NCBI GenBank assembly: GCA_017467895.1
Contig: JAFUKB010000014.1
Span: 7,870 to 71,869, forward strand
Length of the DNA: 64,000 bases
From: Clostridia bacterium
GTDB taxonomy: Bacteria > Bacillota > Clostridia > Christensenellales > UBA1242
Direction: 5' to 3'
The position numbers and the translations under genes were made by a program. This document shows, piece after piece, positions 47,383 through 57,393 of this stretch (position 1 is its first letter; the number at the start of each line of letters is the position of its first letter). The notes beneath the pieces are model-generated. The model searched no databases. It had not been told where the DNA came from and was given only the letters and a program-made list of their open reading frames with translations.

Positions 47383-48514
47383 ATTTTGCAATTTTTTTTA
47401 TTACCTTTATAAAATGTTCGCATTCGCCAAAATTGTTGAAATAACTAAGAGATATACGAACAACGCCAGTGTCTACCGTTTTTAAAGACTTATGTTTTAG
47501 CCCTGCACAATGAAGCCCACCACGAACATATATTCCATACTCTGATGATAAAACTTCAGCAAGGGTAGTGCTGTCTATTCCAACAATATTAAATCCAATT
47601 ACGCCGTAGTTAATATTTTGTGAACTTGTGTATGTTATTACATTTGGTATTCTTGAAAGTTCAAATAAAATGTAGGTTGCAAGATCGTCAATTTTGTTGT
47701 TAATTTTTTCAAAATTATATTGAACAAACTTTATTGCCTCTCCTAAAGCAAGTATATTTGGGGTTGAAAGTGTGCCACTCTCTAAACTTTCGGGATATTC
47801 TTTTGGCTGATATATTTCAAGTGATGAAGTGCCTGTTCCGCCAAACCTTATTGGGTTAACTTTTGCACGCACACTAAAAGCAAAAACCCCAACACCTTGT
47901 GGTGCATAAAGGGCTTTGTGCGGAGCAAGTGCTAACATGTCTATATGAGAAGAAGTCATGTCAATTTTTGTGTGACCAGCGCTTTGTGCACAGTCGACCA
48001 TAAACAATATGCAGTGCTTGGCACAAAGTTCGCCAATGCCTTTAATATCGGCACTGTCGCCATTGACATTGCTAACAGCATTTAACGCAACCAAATATGT
48101 GTTTGCTTTAATGTGAGGGGCAATGTCTTCAGCAGTTAAAAGACTTCTGTTTTGTGGCTCTACAACACTAACTTCAATAATGCCTTGTTTTTCTAATTCA
48201 AAAAGCGGTCTAACAAGAGAATTGTGGTCATTGCACGAGCAAATAACATGTCCGCCTTTGATTGCAGTGCCTAAAATCCCCAAGTTTAAAGCATCGGTAC
48301 AATTTTGAGTAAATATAATGTGCTCAGGACGGTCTGCACCAATAAAATCACAAACAAGTGACCTAACATTAAAAACCTTTTCTGCAACTTTTTGGCTAAG
48401 AGCATGCCCACTGCGCCCCGGATTGGCAGAAAGCGTTGTTGCACCTTCAATAAATGCTTTAATTACCTCTTTGGGTTTTGTAAAAGTAGTTGCTGAATTG
48501 TCAAAATATATCAT
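47372..48514 (-). CDS. class V aminotransferase-fold cysteine desulfurase family protein
   Basis: MIYFDNSATTFTKPKEV starts the protein. The PLP-Lys region is LALAPHKALYAPQGVG, and the C-terminus has GGLHCAG. Confidence 0.8.
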   Translation of the reverse strand: MIYFDNSATTFTKPKEVIKAFIEGATTLSANPGRSGHALSQKVAEKVFNVRSLVCDFIGADRPEHIIFTQNCTDALNLGILGTAIKGGHVICSCNDHNSLVRPLFELEKQGIIEVSVVEPQNRSLLTAEDIAPHIKANTYLVALNAVSNVNGDSADIKGIGELCAKHCILFMVDCAQSAGHTKIDMTSSHIDMLALAPHKALYAPQGVGVFAFSVRAKVNPIRFGGTGTSSLEIYQPKEYPESLESGTLSTPNILALGEAIKFVQYNFEKINNKIDDLATYILFELSRIPNVITYTSSQNINYGVIGFNIVGIDSTTLAEVLSSEYGIYVRGGLHCAGLKHKSLKTVDTGVVRISLSYFNNFGECEHFIKVIKKIAKFKI

Positions 48515-48600
48515 AAACACCTTTTATTTCTTTAATTAGTATTATGATATGTGTTGCTTTGAAAATTTGATATTTTTAAAAACAAAAGGAGGAAGTTTGT

Positions 48601-48816
48601 ATGATGTTGGCAGTCTTTCGCTCTAGAACAGAAACACTTAATTTTGCCTCGATTTTGCGCTCATATGGCGTGTTTTGCACCATTGTTAATACTCCGCGCA
48701 AAATAAATGTTTCGTGCGGGATTTCGGTTAGATTTTCATCATTAAATTCACCTATTGCAAGGCAAATTTTGGCAAGAAGAAGGTTTGATACTTTTGCTGG
48801 TTTTTTTGCTGACTAA
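48601..48816 (+). CDS. DUF3343-like small protein (putative S/Se carrier-like)
   Basis: 71 aa with the pattern F.SRTETLNFASILRSYGV.C.IVNTPRKI..SCGISVRF. This family is typically adjacent to cysteine desulfurases. Confidence 0.5.
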   Translation: MMLAVFRSRTETLNFASILRSYGVFCTIVNTPRKINVSCGISVRFSSLNSPIARQILARRRFDTFAGFFAD

Positions 48817-48916
48817 TTGACATAAATCAACATATGTGATAAAATTCTAGCAACTTGAAAAAATTGCATGTTGGTTATTTTTTATTATTCTAGTATGCAT
48901 CTTTTGTGGGAGTTGT

Positions 48917-49231
48917 ATGAAAAAAATTTATAATATAGTGTTAACTGTTTTAACTATAGCAATGCTTGTGTTTTTGACATTTGCAAAACTTAATGAAAGC
49001 ATGGCATGGGTTGATTTAAGCGCTTATGAAACATTTATTTCAGTTCTTTCTTCTTATGGGCCAATGGTGCTTTTGTGTTTGTTTGCTTTTGGCAGTTTAT
49101 TTGGTAAAATCATGTCAAAAATCTTTTTCGTAATTATTTTGATACTTTTAATTGTGTTTACTATTACAATGTTTGCCCCACAAGTGTTTACTTCAATGTT
49201 TGGTGCAATGGGCGCGGTTATTAAACTTTAA
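48917..49231 (+). CDS. small membrane protein (3 TM)
   Basis: Hydrophobic 104-aa ORF with SD gggag upstream. Confidence 0.55.
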   Translation: MKKIYNIVLTVLTIAMLVFLTFAKLNESMAWVDLSAYETFISVLSSYGPMVLLCLFAFGSLFGKIMSKIFFVIILILLIVFTITMFAPQVFTSMFGAMGAVIKL

Positions 49232-49251
49232 ATTTTAAAAGGCATTAAGTT

Positions 49252-51759
49252 ATGAAAAAGAAATTATATGTAATAGATGGAAACAGTCTTTTAAATAGGG
49301 CATTTTATGCATTGCCTCTTTTAAGCAACTCAAACGGCGTTTATTTAAACGCCGTTTTTGGTTTTTCAAATTTTTTAGTAAGGTTAATTACTACCGAAAA
49401 GCCAGATGGTATAGTTGTTGCGTTTGACCATGCGCGAAAAACTTTTCGCAACGAAATTTTTGCTGAATACAAGGGCACTCGTAAACAAACTCCATTTGAA
49501 CTTATTGGGCAGTTTGATACATTAAAAACCGTGTTAGACGCTATGGGAATCACTTATTTTGAGCAGGCAGGCATTGAGGCTGATGATATAATAGGCACAA
49601 TAGTTAAACACTCGGACGCACAAAACTTTATTTTAACTGGAGATAGAGATGCGTTGCAGTTGATTGACCAAAATACGTGTGTATGCCTTACTCAAAAAGG
49701 TTTAACAGATATTAAATTGGTTAACTTAGAAAATATTCAAGAACTATATGGCATGACTCCTAGCCAAATTATAGACTTTAAAGCCCTTGCCGGAGATAAA
49801 TCTGATAATATTCCGGGGGTTCCGGGTGTAGGCGATATTTCGGCGATAAACTATTTAAAAAAATATCAAAATGTTGAAAATTTGTATCAGCATTTAGATG
49901 ATTTTAAAGGTAAAGCGCAAGAAAAATTAGTTGAAGGCAAGGATTCGTGTTTTATGTCGCGTAAACTTGCCACAATCAAAACAGATTGCGATATTAATTT
50001 TGACATAACAAAATGCGGTTATATTTTTCCTTTTAGTAATCAGGTAAGAGAACTATTTGAAAAGTTTGAATTTAAAACAATTTTAAAAAGGACAACCCTC
50101 TTTAGTCATAAAGCAAATGATATGCAGGTGCCCGACATAACTTGTGTAACAAGCGAAGAGGCTCTTGAAAATTTGTTAAAAGATTTTTCAGATAAAGTCT
50201 TTTGTTTTGACGCAAAGGATACATTTGAATTTTGTGTAAACAAAAGAAGATATGAAATAAAATATCAAGAATTTGGTTCGCATAATATTGAAGCAATGTA
50301 TCAAACAATTTTAAAATATATTTCACCTTTGTTAATTGATGATAATGTATTAAAAATAGTTCCAGATTTAAAAGCATGTATGCATAAATTAAAAACTGAT
50401 AAAATTGACAATGCATTTGATATAAGTCTTGCCGACTATTTGCTGTCAGGGGGAAATAAACCAGAAGCATTTAAAGATTCTTCAACATTTGAACAGATTT
50501 ATAACACACAAATAGAAAAATTAAAGCAAGATAATTTGCATGATCTTTACTTTAAAATAGAACTCCCTCTTGAATATTTGTTATATCAAATGGAAAACGA
50601 GGGCTTTGCAGTAGATAAAGATATACTTGCACATATGGAACAAACATATGCAAAAGAATTATCAGATTTAGAGACGCAGTTTAAACAATATTCTTCAAAC
50701 CCAGACATTAACATAAAATCTCCAAAACAAATTGCTCAACTGCTGTTTGATGAACTTAAACTTTCTGATAAATTTAATAAAAAGCACTCAACAAATGTTG
50801 AGGCACTTTCGCACCTTGCAGATGCACATCCTGTTGTGCCAATTATTTTGCGTCATAGAAAGGTTTCCAAACTTTATTTGTCTTATTTAGACCCTTATAC
50901 TCAAATGCTAAAAGAGTCAAAAGGAAACTTAATTTATACACTTTTTAACCAAACTCAAACAGCAACAGGCAGGTTGTCGTCTAGTGAACCCAACTTGCAA
51001 AATATTCCTGTAAGAAGTGAAGAAGGCAGATGCTTGCGCAAAATATTTAAGTCGCGCTTTGACGGCGGAAAGATTATGTCGTTTGACTATAACCAAATTG
51101 AACTTCGCTTGCTTGCAAACTTTTCAAACGACCAAAAACTTATAAACGACTATAACAGCGGAGCAGATATCCATGCTATAACTGCTTCACAAATATTTAA
51201 TATCGCTCCACATGAGGTGACCGATTTGCAACGCAGAACGGCAAAAGCGGTTAATTTTGGAATTATTTATGGTATATCTGGTTTTGGCTTATCAAAAAAT
51301 ATTGAAATTCCAGTTAAAGACGCTAAAGAATATATTAATCTATATTTCACAAAATATCCTGTGGTTAAAGAATATTTGGATAACTTGGTAGAAAGCGCAA
51401 AAGAATTGGGATACGCAAAAAGCCTGTTTGAAAGAAGAAGGTATATCCCAGAACTAAAAAGCAGTATAGGTTTGCAAAAAATGCTTGGCGAGCGCCTTGC
51501 AATGAATATGCCACTTCAGGGGTCAGCGAGTGATTTAATTAAACTTGCAATGTTAAATGTAAATAAAAGGTTTAAAAAGGAAAATATTAATAGTAAACTT
51601 ATACTTCAAATTCATGATGAACTTGTTGTTGACGCATGCCCAACAGAAGAGGAAATTGTAAAAAAAATAGTATTAGAAGAAATGCAAAATGTATATGAGT
51701 TTAAAGTTCCACTTTTGGTTAGTGTTGGTGTTGGCAAAACATGGTATGAGTGTAAATAG
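49252..51759 (+). CDS. polA: DNA polymerase I
   Basis: The 5'-nuclease N-terminus has LYVIDGNSLLNRAFYA and GDKSDNIPGVPGVG. The polymerase motifs are DYNQIELR, RRTAKAVNFGIIYG and QIHDELV. Confidence 0.95.
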   Translation: MKKKLYVIDGNSLLNRAFYALPLLSNSNGVYLNAVFGFSNFLVRLITTEKPDGIVVAFDHARKTFRNEIFAEYKGTRKQTPFELIGQFDTLKTVLDAMGITYFEQAGIEADDIIGTIVKHSDAQNFILTGDRDALQLIDQNTCVCLTQKGLTDIKLVNLENIQELYGMTPSQIIDFKALAGDKSDNIPGVPGVGDISAINYLKKYQNVENLYQHLDDFKGKAQEKLVEGKDSCFMSRKLATIKTDCDINFDITKCGYIFPFSNQVRELFEKFEFKTILKRTTLFSHKANDMQVPDITCVTSEEALENLLKDFSDKVFCFDAKDTFEFCVNKRRYEIKYQEFGSHNIEAMYQTILKYISPLLIDDNVLKIVPDLKACMHKLKTDKIDNAFDISLADYLLSGGNKPEAFKDSSTFEQIYNTQIEKLKQDNLHDLYFKIELPLEYLLYQMENEGFAVDKDILAHMEQTYAKELSDLETQFKQYSSNPDINIKSPKQIAQLLFDELKLSDKFNKKHSTNVEALSHLADAHPVVPIILRHRKVSKLYLSYLDPYTQMLKESKGNLIYTLFNQTQTATGRLSSSEPNLQNIPVRSEEGRCLRKIFKSRFDGGKIMSFDYNQIELRLLANFSNDQKLINDYNSGADIHAITASQIFNIAPHEVTDLQRRTAKAVNFGIIYGISGFGLSKNIEIPVKDAKEYINLYFTKYPVVKEYLDNLVESAKELGYAKSLFERRRYIPELKSSIGLQKMLGERLAMNMPLQGSASDLIKLAMLNVNKRFKKENINSKLILQIHDELVVDACPTEEEIVKKIVLEEMQNVYEFKVPLLVSVGVGKTWYECK

Positions 51760-51773
51760 TCATTGGAGAATGA

Positions 51774-53036
51774 ATGAAAATAAAACAATATAAAAGCGGA
51801 TTAAGAGTAGTTGTAAACACAAAAAAAGATTTAGATATTGTGTCGTTTAGAATATTTGTTAAGGCGGGCTCGTGCCATGAAAAACAAAACCAATATGGCG
51901 TGGCTCATTTTTTGGAGCATATGTTTTTTAAAAGTACACCAAAACACTCTTACCAACAACTTTCAACGCTCTTTGATGAAATGGGGACTCAAAAAAATGC
52001 ATATACGGGCGTTTGTAACACGTGTTATTATTTTAAATGTCTTTTAAATACATTTGATAAAAGCCTAGAGTTGTTTTCAGAAATGTTTTTTAATGAGGAA
52101 TATGACGCTCAGGAACTTTCAAACGAGAAAAAGGTTATTTTAGAAGAATATAAAATGGGCAATGACGATACTGAAAAAAAGTGTATCACAAATGCATATC
52201 GTTCGCTTTTTAATAACACAACATTTGAACATGATGTTATTGGTACTCCGCAAAATATAAAGGCGTTTTCGCAACAAGATTTAATTGATTTTAAAAAAGA
52301 ATATTATCTTCCTCATAATATGGTTATTTCAGTTTCGGGAAATGTGAGCATTGCTCAGGTAGAAAAATTGCTAAAAAAACACTTTTCGCAACTGTTTGAC
52401 GGCGAGTTTGCTCAAGAATTTAAACTCCCTCCATATTTAACACTCAACCCTAAAACTCAATTTGTTGTTTCTAAAAAAGATAATGAACAGTCAACCGTGT
52501 ATATCCTAATGGATCTTGGCAAAAAAACAAATAGGCAAATGTATGTATTTGACTTGTTGTTTGCAATTTTGGGCTATGGCATGAGCAGTAAGTTTTTTAA
52601 TATAATAAGAGGCGAAAAGGCACTTGTATATAATATTGATGCCGATACTACAACTGTAGGCGATAATAACTTGGCAGAAATAATGTTTGCCACCTCAACC
52701 GATAGAGTGGGCGAGGCCTTAACAGAACTTTTAAAAATCTTCAAGGCATGCGCAGAAGGCGAAATAACTGCTGAAGAACTAGAAAAGTCAAAAAATAAAT
52801 ATATTGCAGGCATGGTGTATTCAACTGAAACAAACGGTGGCATAACAATGCGAAATGGCTCCGACCTTATTTCAGATAATAAAATAGAGACTTTTAAACA
52901 AATCACGGCAGATATAAACAGCGTTTCGCTAGAAGAAATAATTAGTTGTGCAAAAGAAGTGTATATTAATAAAAACTATGTTGTTTCTGCAGTTGGCAAG
53001 TGTCAACGCAAAGATTTGCTTTGTTTTAAACATTAA
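51774..53036 (+). CDS. M16 family (pitrilysin-like) zinc peptidase
   Basis: Inverted zinc motif HFLEHM with a downstream E. The 420-aa length fits a two-domain clam-shell fold. Confidence 0.8.
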   Translation: MKIKQYKSGLRVVVNTKKDLDIVSFRIFVKAGSCHEKQNQYGVAHFLEHMFFKSTPKHSYQQLSTLFDEMGTQKNAYTGVCNTCYYFKCLLNTFDKSLELFSEMFFNEEYDAQELSNEKKVILEEYKMGNDDTEKKCITNAYRSLFNNTTFEHDVIGTPQNIKAFSQQDLIDFKKEYYLPHNMVISVSGNVSIAQVEKLLKKHFSQLFDGEFAQEFKLPPYLTLNPKTQFVVSKKDNEQSTVYILMDLGKKTNRQMYVFDLLFAILGYGMSSKFFNIIRGEKALVYNIDADTTTVGDNNLAEIMFATSTDRVGEALTELLKIFKACAEGEITAEELEKSKNKYIAGMVYSTETNGGITMRNGSDLISDNKIETFKQITADINSVSLEEIISCAKEVYINKNYVVSAVGKCQRKDLLCFKH

Positions 53037-53048
53037 AAAAAGGACTGT

Positions 53049-53936
53049 TTAAATAAACAGCCCAAATATATTTAAAATAGTTCCAAGCAACACGCCAAGT
53101 GCGTAAACTAAAAGCAAAATGAGTAGGTTTTTAAGCCACTCTTTTTTGTTGCGCTTAAATAACATTAAAATGCCAAGCCCAGCACCGCTAGCCAGCCCAG
53201 CAAGAAGCGCACCAAACGAAATTCCTCCAGCCATGTAAATTTCAACTAAAAACACAGATGCCACACAGTTAGGTATTAAACCAATAAGAGAGGTTAAAAA
53301 GGGTTGTAAATAAATGTTCATGCCACTTAATGAAGCAAAGTCAAACCCAGCAAACTCAACAATGGCAGTAAATGTTAAATTAACAATAAACATAAAGAGC
53401 GCAATTTTCCATGTGTGGTTAAGTGCGTCTAAAAATATGTTGTCGGCACAACATGAGTGCTTATGCTCATCATGCTCGGCATGCTCATTGTGTGAGTGGG
53501 CAAGTGGTTCTAAGTTGTTTTCGCGTTTTTTTCTAAATGCTAATAAAGCCAAATCAATAACATAACCGCAAATAATAGCAAAAACCAGTTTTATTGCAAT
53601 CATGCAAAGAAGTGGCAAAATAAAGTCATAATTGGATAGCATAATAGGAATTGCTTCGTCACTTGTTGCAATAAATACAGCAATTAAAGTGCCAAGTGAT
53701 ATGCTTTTTTTGCTGTAAAGGTCAGCCATTGCCACCGAAAAACCACATTGAGGAATAGTGCCTACAAGCCCTCCGACAACAGGACCAAATTTTTTAGCAC
53801 TTTTAAAAAATTTTAAATGTTTGTGAGAATTGTGCTCAAAATAACTAACTAATAAATAAACTAAATATAAAATGGGTAATGCTTTAAGCGTGTCTAAAAA
53901 TGCGTGTTGTAAAACATGAAGAATGGCTTCAAACAT
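53049..53936 (-). CDS. polytopic membrane permease, ArsP_2/DUF2899-like putative metal exporter
   Basis: About 10 TM segments. It has GTIPQCGFS and ATSDEAIP motifs and a central His-rich loop (HSHNEHAEHDEHKHSCC). Confidence 0.55.
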   Translation of the reverse strand: MFEAILHVLQHAFLDTLKALPILYLVYLLVSYFEHNSHKHLKFFKSAKKFGPVVGGLVGTIPQCGFSVAMADLYSKKSISLGTLIAVFIATSDEAIPIMLSNYDFILPLLCMIAIKLVFAIICGYVIDLALLAFRKKRENNLEPLAHSHNEHAEHDEHKHSCCADNIFLDALNHTWKIALFMFIVNLTFTAIVEFAGFDFASLSGMNIYLQPFLTSLIGLIPNCVASVFLVEIYMAGGISFGALLAGLASGAGLGILMLFKRNKKEWLKNLLILLLVYALGVLLGTILNIFGLFI

Positions 53937-54784
53937 TATTTATCGTCCTCCGATAGCAGTGAAGTTTGCTCCATTAATACGACATTTTTGTTAGATTCTT
54001 CTTCTTTTGGTTTTTCTTTTTTTAAAGTAACAGTTGGGTTCTTGCGTTTGATTTTTGGTTTGTTGTCTTTTTTGTAAGAGTAGACAATAATTGTTCCATC
54101 TTGTTGGCTGACAATTTTTCCGCCAATTTGCTGACAAACGATTGAGTTTCCAACAATTTGCATAATTTGACCATCTGCAAGGGTGCCAATTTCAACATCG
54201 TCACAAACCTTGTCAATTTGGCAGTTGTTAATTGTTCCAACATATGATTTGTTTAATAAATAGTTGATTTTGCCACTTTGAATGGTTGAAATTTGTGCGT
54301 TGTTCATAACACCCTCAATGCTACCATTGTTTATTGTGCCAATTTTGCTGTTTGCTCTAACAAACAAAATGCGCCCGTTGTTCATGGTTTCAATGCTAGA
54401 GTGCCCGTCCATAAATTGAATTGTGCCGTTGTTAAGCGCGCGAATAAACACGCGGTCTTTAATGTAGTCAATAAAGCATGAGTTGATTGTTGTAATTTCA
54501 ACACGACCTTTTATGACTGTAATATAAGTGTCTTTAATAATGCCAAGTTTAACCTTGCCACTAACTTCGCCAATTTTTCCGCCGTTTAAAATTTGAATTT
54601 TTGCTTTACCTCTAACCGAGTCATAATTGCAGTTGTGACTTTCAAGAACAACAGCGGAACCGTCTAATTTAACCCTGTCGCAATTAATTAAAATGTGAGC
54701 ACCTTCTAAAAGCGTGAGTCCGCACTCGTTTTCATGCACAGTTGGTTCAATAATTTTTTCTTTAAATAAATTAAAAAATGCCAT
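53936..54784 (-). CDS. beta-helix-type repeat protein (at least 10 x 17-residue repeats) with a Lys-rich C-terminal tail; bactofilin-like?
   Basis: SD gaggtg lies 6 nt upstream of the ATG at 54784. The repeats are in register from VRGKAKIQILNGGKIGE to IVGNSIVCQQIGGKIVS. Its last stop-codon base is shared with the downstream permease gene's ATG at position 53936 (1-nt overlap). Confidence 0.7.
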   Translation of the reverse strand: MAFFNLFKEKIIEPTVHENECGLTLLEGAHILINCDRVKLDGSAVVLESHNCNYDSVRGKAKIQILNGGKIGEVSGKVKLGIIKDTYITVIKGRVEITTINSCFIDYIKDRVFIRALNNGTIQFMDGHSSIETMNNGRILFVRANSKIGTINNGSIEGVMNNAQISTIQSGKINYLLNKSYVGTINNCQIDKVCDDVEIGTLADGQIMQIVGNSIVCQQIGGKIVSQQDGTIIVYSYKKDNKPKIKRKNPTVTLKKEKPKEEESNKNVVLMEQTSLLSEDDK

Positions 54785-54907
54785 AGTAAACACCTCTGAT
54801 TACTTTAATAATAGCAGTATAACACACAAAATAAAAATAGCAAATTAATTTTAAAATTCAAATTCACAAATTTTAAAAAAAGGCAATATCATGATTTGGA
54901 GTCTAAT

Positions 54908-55648
54908 ATGTGGTATTCGTTGCTGTTTTCATTTATTGCTTTTGCATTATGCTGTTTGGGGGCGTCATTAATTTTTTTTGTTAAAAACTCTAACGCAAAA
55001 GTAGAGGCGTTTTTGCACGCATTTGCAGGTGGGGTGATGGTGGCATCAAGTGTGTTTTCACTAATTTTGCCAGCAAGTGAATATTGCACCGAACTTGCAT
55101 TAAAAGATTATATAATTCTTCCTATTTGCTTTTTGTGTGCTTTTGGGGTCGTTTTTTTGCTTAATTTAAAAGGTTCTTCAAAAAATGGGCAAATTAATGT
55201 AACAAGTTTTAATCTTGGTATGGCTCTGCATAACATTCCTGAGGGTATGTGCATAGGCTTCTCGGTTGCCTCAGCAGTCCATTTTGGAACACACTCAGCA
55301 CTTGTTTCGGCAATTATTATTGCTCTTGGAATAGGCATACAAAACATACCAGAGGGCAGTAGTGTGGCGTTTCCGCTTTACTCACTTGGCTATTCGCGAA
55401 AAAAGTCGTTTGCTACAGCACTTTTAATAGGTTTGGTAGAAGTGCCTGCTGGCATAATTGCATATCTCCTTGGTTTAAATTTTATATTTTTAATGCCATA
55501 TATGTTGTGCTTTGCAGCAGGAATAATGTTGGTTGTGGCTGTGTGTGAACTAATGCCAGAGGCACTTGCTAAAAATAAAAGGGTAGCAATTCTTAGTTTT
55601 TGTATAGGATTTTTGCTTATGATGACGCTTGATGTGGCATTAGGTTAA
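54908..55648 (+). CDS. ZIP family metal (zinc) transporter
   Basis: HNIPEGMCIG and IQNIPEGSSVAFP motifs. SD ggag precedes the ATG at 54908. Confidence 0.85.
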   Translation: MWYSLLFSFIAFALCCLGASLIFFVKNSNAKVEAFLHAFAGGVMVASSVFSLILPASEYCTELALKDYIILPICFLCAFGVVFLLNLKGSSKNGQINVTSFNLGMALHNIPEGMCIGFSVASAVHFGTHSALVSAIIIALGIGIQNIPEGSSVAFPLYSLGYSRKKSFATALLIGLVEVPAGIIAYLLGLNFIFLMPYMLCFAAGIMLVVAVCELMPEALAKNKRVAILSFCIGFLLMMTLDVALG

Positions 55649-55664
55649 AGCGTTTAATTGACTC

Positions 55665-55693
55665 TTGCAAATTGATTGTGTCTGCTATATAAT
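55665..55693 (+). promoter_or_regulatory. sigma-A type promoter placed for a leaderless transcript
   Basis: TTGCAA, a 17-nt spacer, then TATAAT. The -10 box ends 6 nt before the ATG at 55700, and no SD is present. Confidence 0.4.
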
Positions 55694-55699
55694 AACTAT

Positions 55700-56104
55700 A
55701 TGTTGGTTTATAGATATGTAAGTGAATATGAATTGAGAAACATTTTGCAAAATAATGTTGAAAATTTGGGTTTTGAGTATAACGGCTGTTATGGTTTGTC
55801 AAATAATCATAAGTATAAAAAAGGCGTAAAATATTTGCATTTTTTTAAACATAAAAGTGCAATCAATTTTATAAGACTTTATCATACAAAAGAAAATTGT
55901 AGGCATTTTGTTTGTACATTTGATATCCCATATTTGTTGCTATTTAAAGGCATGGGTAAGGGTAGATATGAATTAAGCGGTATGGACTATTTAACCACAA
56001 CCGAACGCGAGTATATTGTGCCAGCAAACGAATTTAAAAAAGAATGGCTTAAAAGTTATGTTACCGAGCAATACTTTTTGGACTCGCAACAAGCAGGTCG
56101 TTGA
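55700..56104 (+). CDS. hypothetical protein (134 aa)
   Basis: ORF with no recognisable motif. I prefer the ATG at 55700 to the TTG at 55676. Confidence 0.5.
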   Translation: MLVYRYVSEYELRNILQNNVENLGFEYNGCYGLSNNHKYKKGVKYLHFFKHKSAINFIRLYHTKENCRHFVCTFDIPYLLLFKGMGKGRYELSGMDYLTTTEREYIVPANEFKKEWLKSYVTEQYFLDSQQAGR

Positions 56105-56298
56105 TTTTGACCAAAATTTTTACTTCGTTTGCGGTAAAATTTAATAGTTTTCAATAAAAATAATAAATAGAGGGTCAAAAACTTATATTTAAAGGGTAAT
56201 ATTTGTAATTTTGCCCTTTTTTGCTTTAAAAAATTTGCCAAACTAAGTTTAAATGTGTAAACTTATTTGGTATTTTTTTATAAAGGAGAAAATTTTTA

Positions 56299-57381
56299 AT
56301 GGCAAAAAAGTACGTATATTTATTTACCGAAGGTAATGCAAGCATGCGTGAACTTTTGGGCGGTAAAGGTGCAAACTTGGCAGAAATGACAAATTTGGGT
56401 CTTCCAGTTCCTCAAGGTTTCACAATCTCAACCGAAGCATGCACTCAGTATTACGAAGACAACCGCCAAATCAATCCAGAAATTCAGGCTCAAATTTTAG
56501 AGTATATTGAAAAGATGGAAAAGGTTACAGGCAAAAAGTTCGGAGACGAAGAAAACCCTCTGCTCGTTTCTGTTCGTAGTGGTGCAAGAGCATCAATGCC
56601 TGGCATGATGGATACAATCTTAAACCTTGGCTTAAACGAAAAAGTTGTTAATGTAATGGCTAAAAAGTCTGGTAACCCTCGCTGGGCTTGGGACTGCTAC
56701 CGTCGTTTTATTCAGATGTATTCAGATGTTGTTATGGAAGTAGGAAAAAAATACTTTGAACAACTTATTGACGCAATGAAAGAACGCAAAGGCATTACTT
56801 TAGATGTTGATTTAACAGCCGAAGACTTGGCAGAACTTGCGAGCCAATTTAAAGCAGAATATAAAGCAAAAATTGGTGCAGATTTCCCAGATGATCCAAA
56901 AGAACAATTATTTGGTGCTATCAAAGCCGTATTCCGTTCATGGGATAACCCTCGTGCAAATTATTATAGAATGCAAAACGATATTCCATATTCTTGGGGT
57001 ACCGCTGTTAATGTTCAAATGATGGCATTTGGAAATTTAGGCGAAACTTCAGGCACAGGTGTTGCATTTACTCGTGACCCTGCAACAGGCGAAAAGAAAC
57101 TTATGGGCGAATTCTTAATGAATGCCCAAGGTGAAGATGTTGTTGCTGGTGTTAGAACTCCAATGCCTATTGCAAAAATGCAAGAAGTTATGCCAGAAGT
57201 ATATGAACAATTCCAACAAATCTGCAAAACCCTCGAAAATCACTATCGTGATATGCAAGATATGGAATTTACTATTGAAGATAAAAAATTATATATGCTT
57301 CAAACTCGTAACGGAAAGCGTACTGCACGTGCAGCAATTAAAATTGCTTGTGACCTTGTAGACGAAGGTATGATTACATAA
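56299..57381 (+). CDS. ppdK: pyruvate, phosphate dikinase, N-terminal fragment (ATP-grasp domain) ending at an in-frame TAA
   Basis: [30 protein letters not shown]...[23 protein letters not shown] aaaggag lies upstream. It stops at 57379-57381, inside the conserved linker. Confidence 0.9.
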   Translation: MAKKYVYLFTEGNASMRELLGGKGANLAEMTNLGLPVPQGFTISTEACTQYYEDNRQINPEIQAQILEYIEKMEKVTGKKFGDEENPLLVSVRSGARASMPGMMDTILNLGLNEKVVNVMAKKSGNPRWAWDCYRRFIQMYSDVVMEVGKKYFEQLIDAMKERKGITLDVDLTAEDLAELASQFKAEYKAKIGADFPDDPKEQLFGAIKAVFRSWDNPRANYYRMQNDIPYSWGTAVNVQMMAFGNLGETSGTGVAFTRDPATGEKKLMGEFLMNAQGEDVVAGVRTPMPIAKMQEVMPEVYEQFQQICKTLENHYRDMQDMEFTIEDKKLYMLQTRNGKRTARAAIKIACDLVDEGMIT

Positions 57382-57393
57382 CAACAAGCATTA

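Noticed and set aside
57379-57381. The in-frame TAA in ppdK could be evidence for a reassigned stop codon.
   Set aside because: TAA terminates many of the well-supported genes here (for example rpoB, rpoC and era), and no other conserved gene contains an internal stop.
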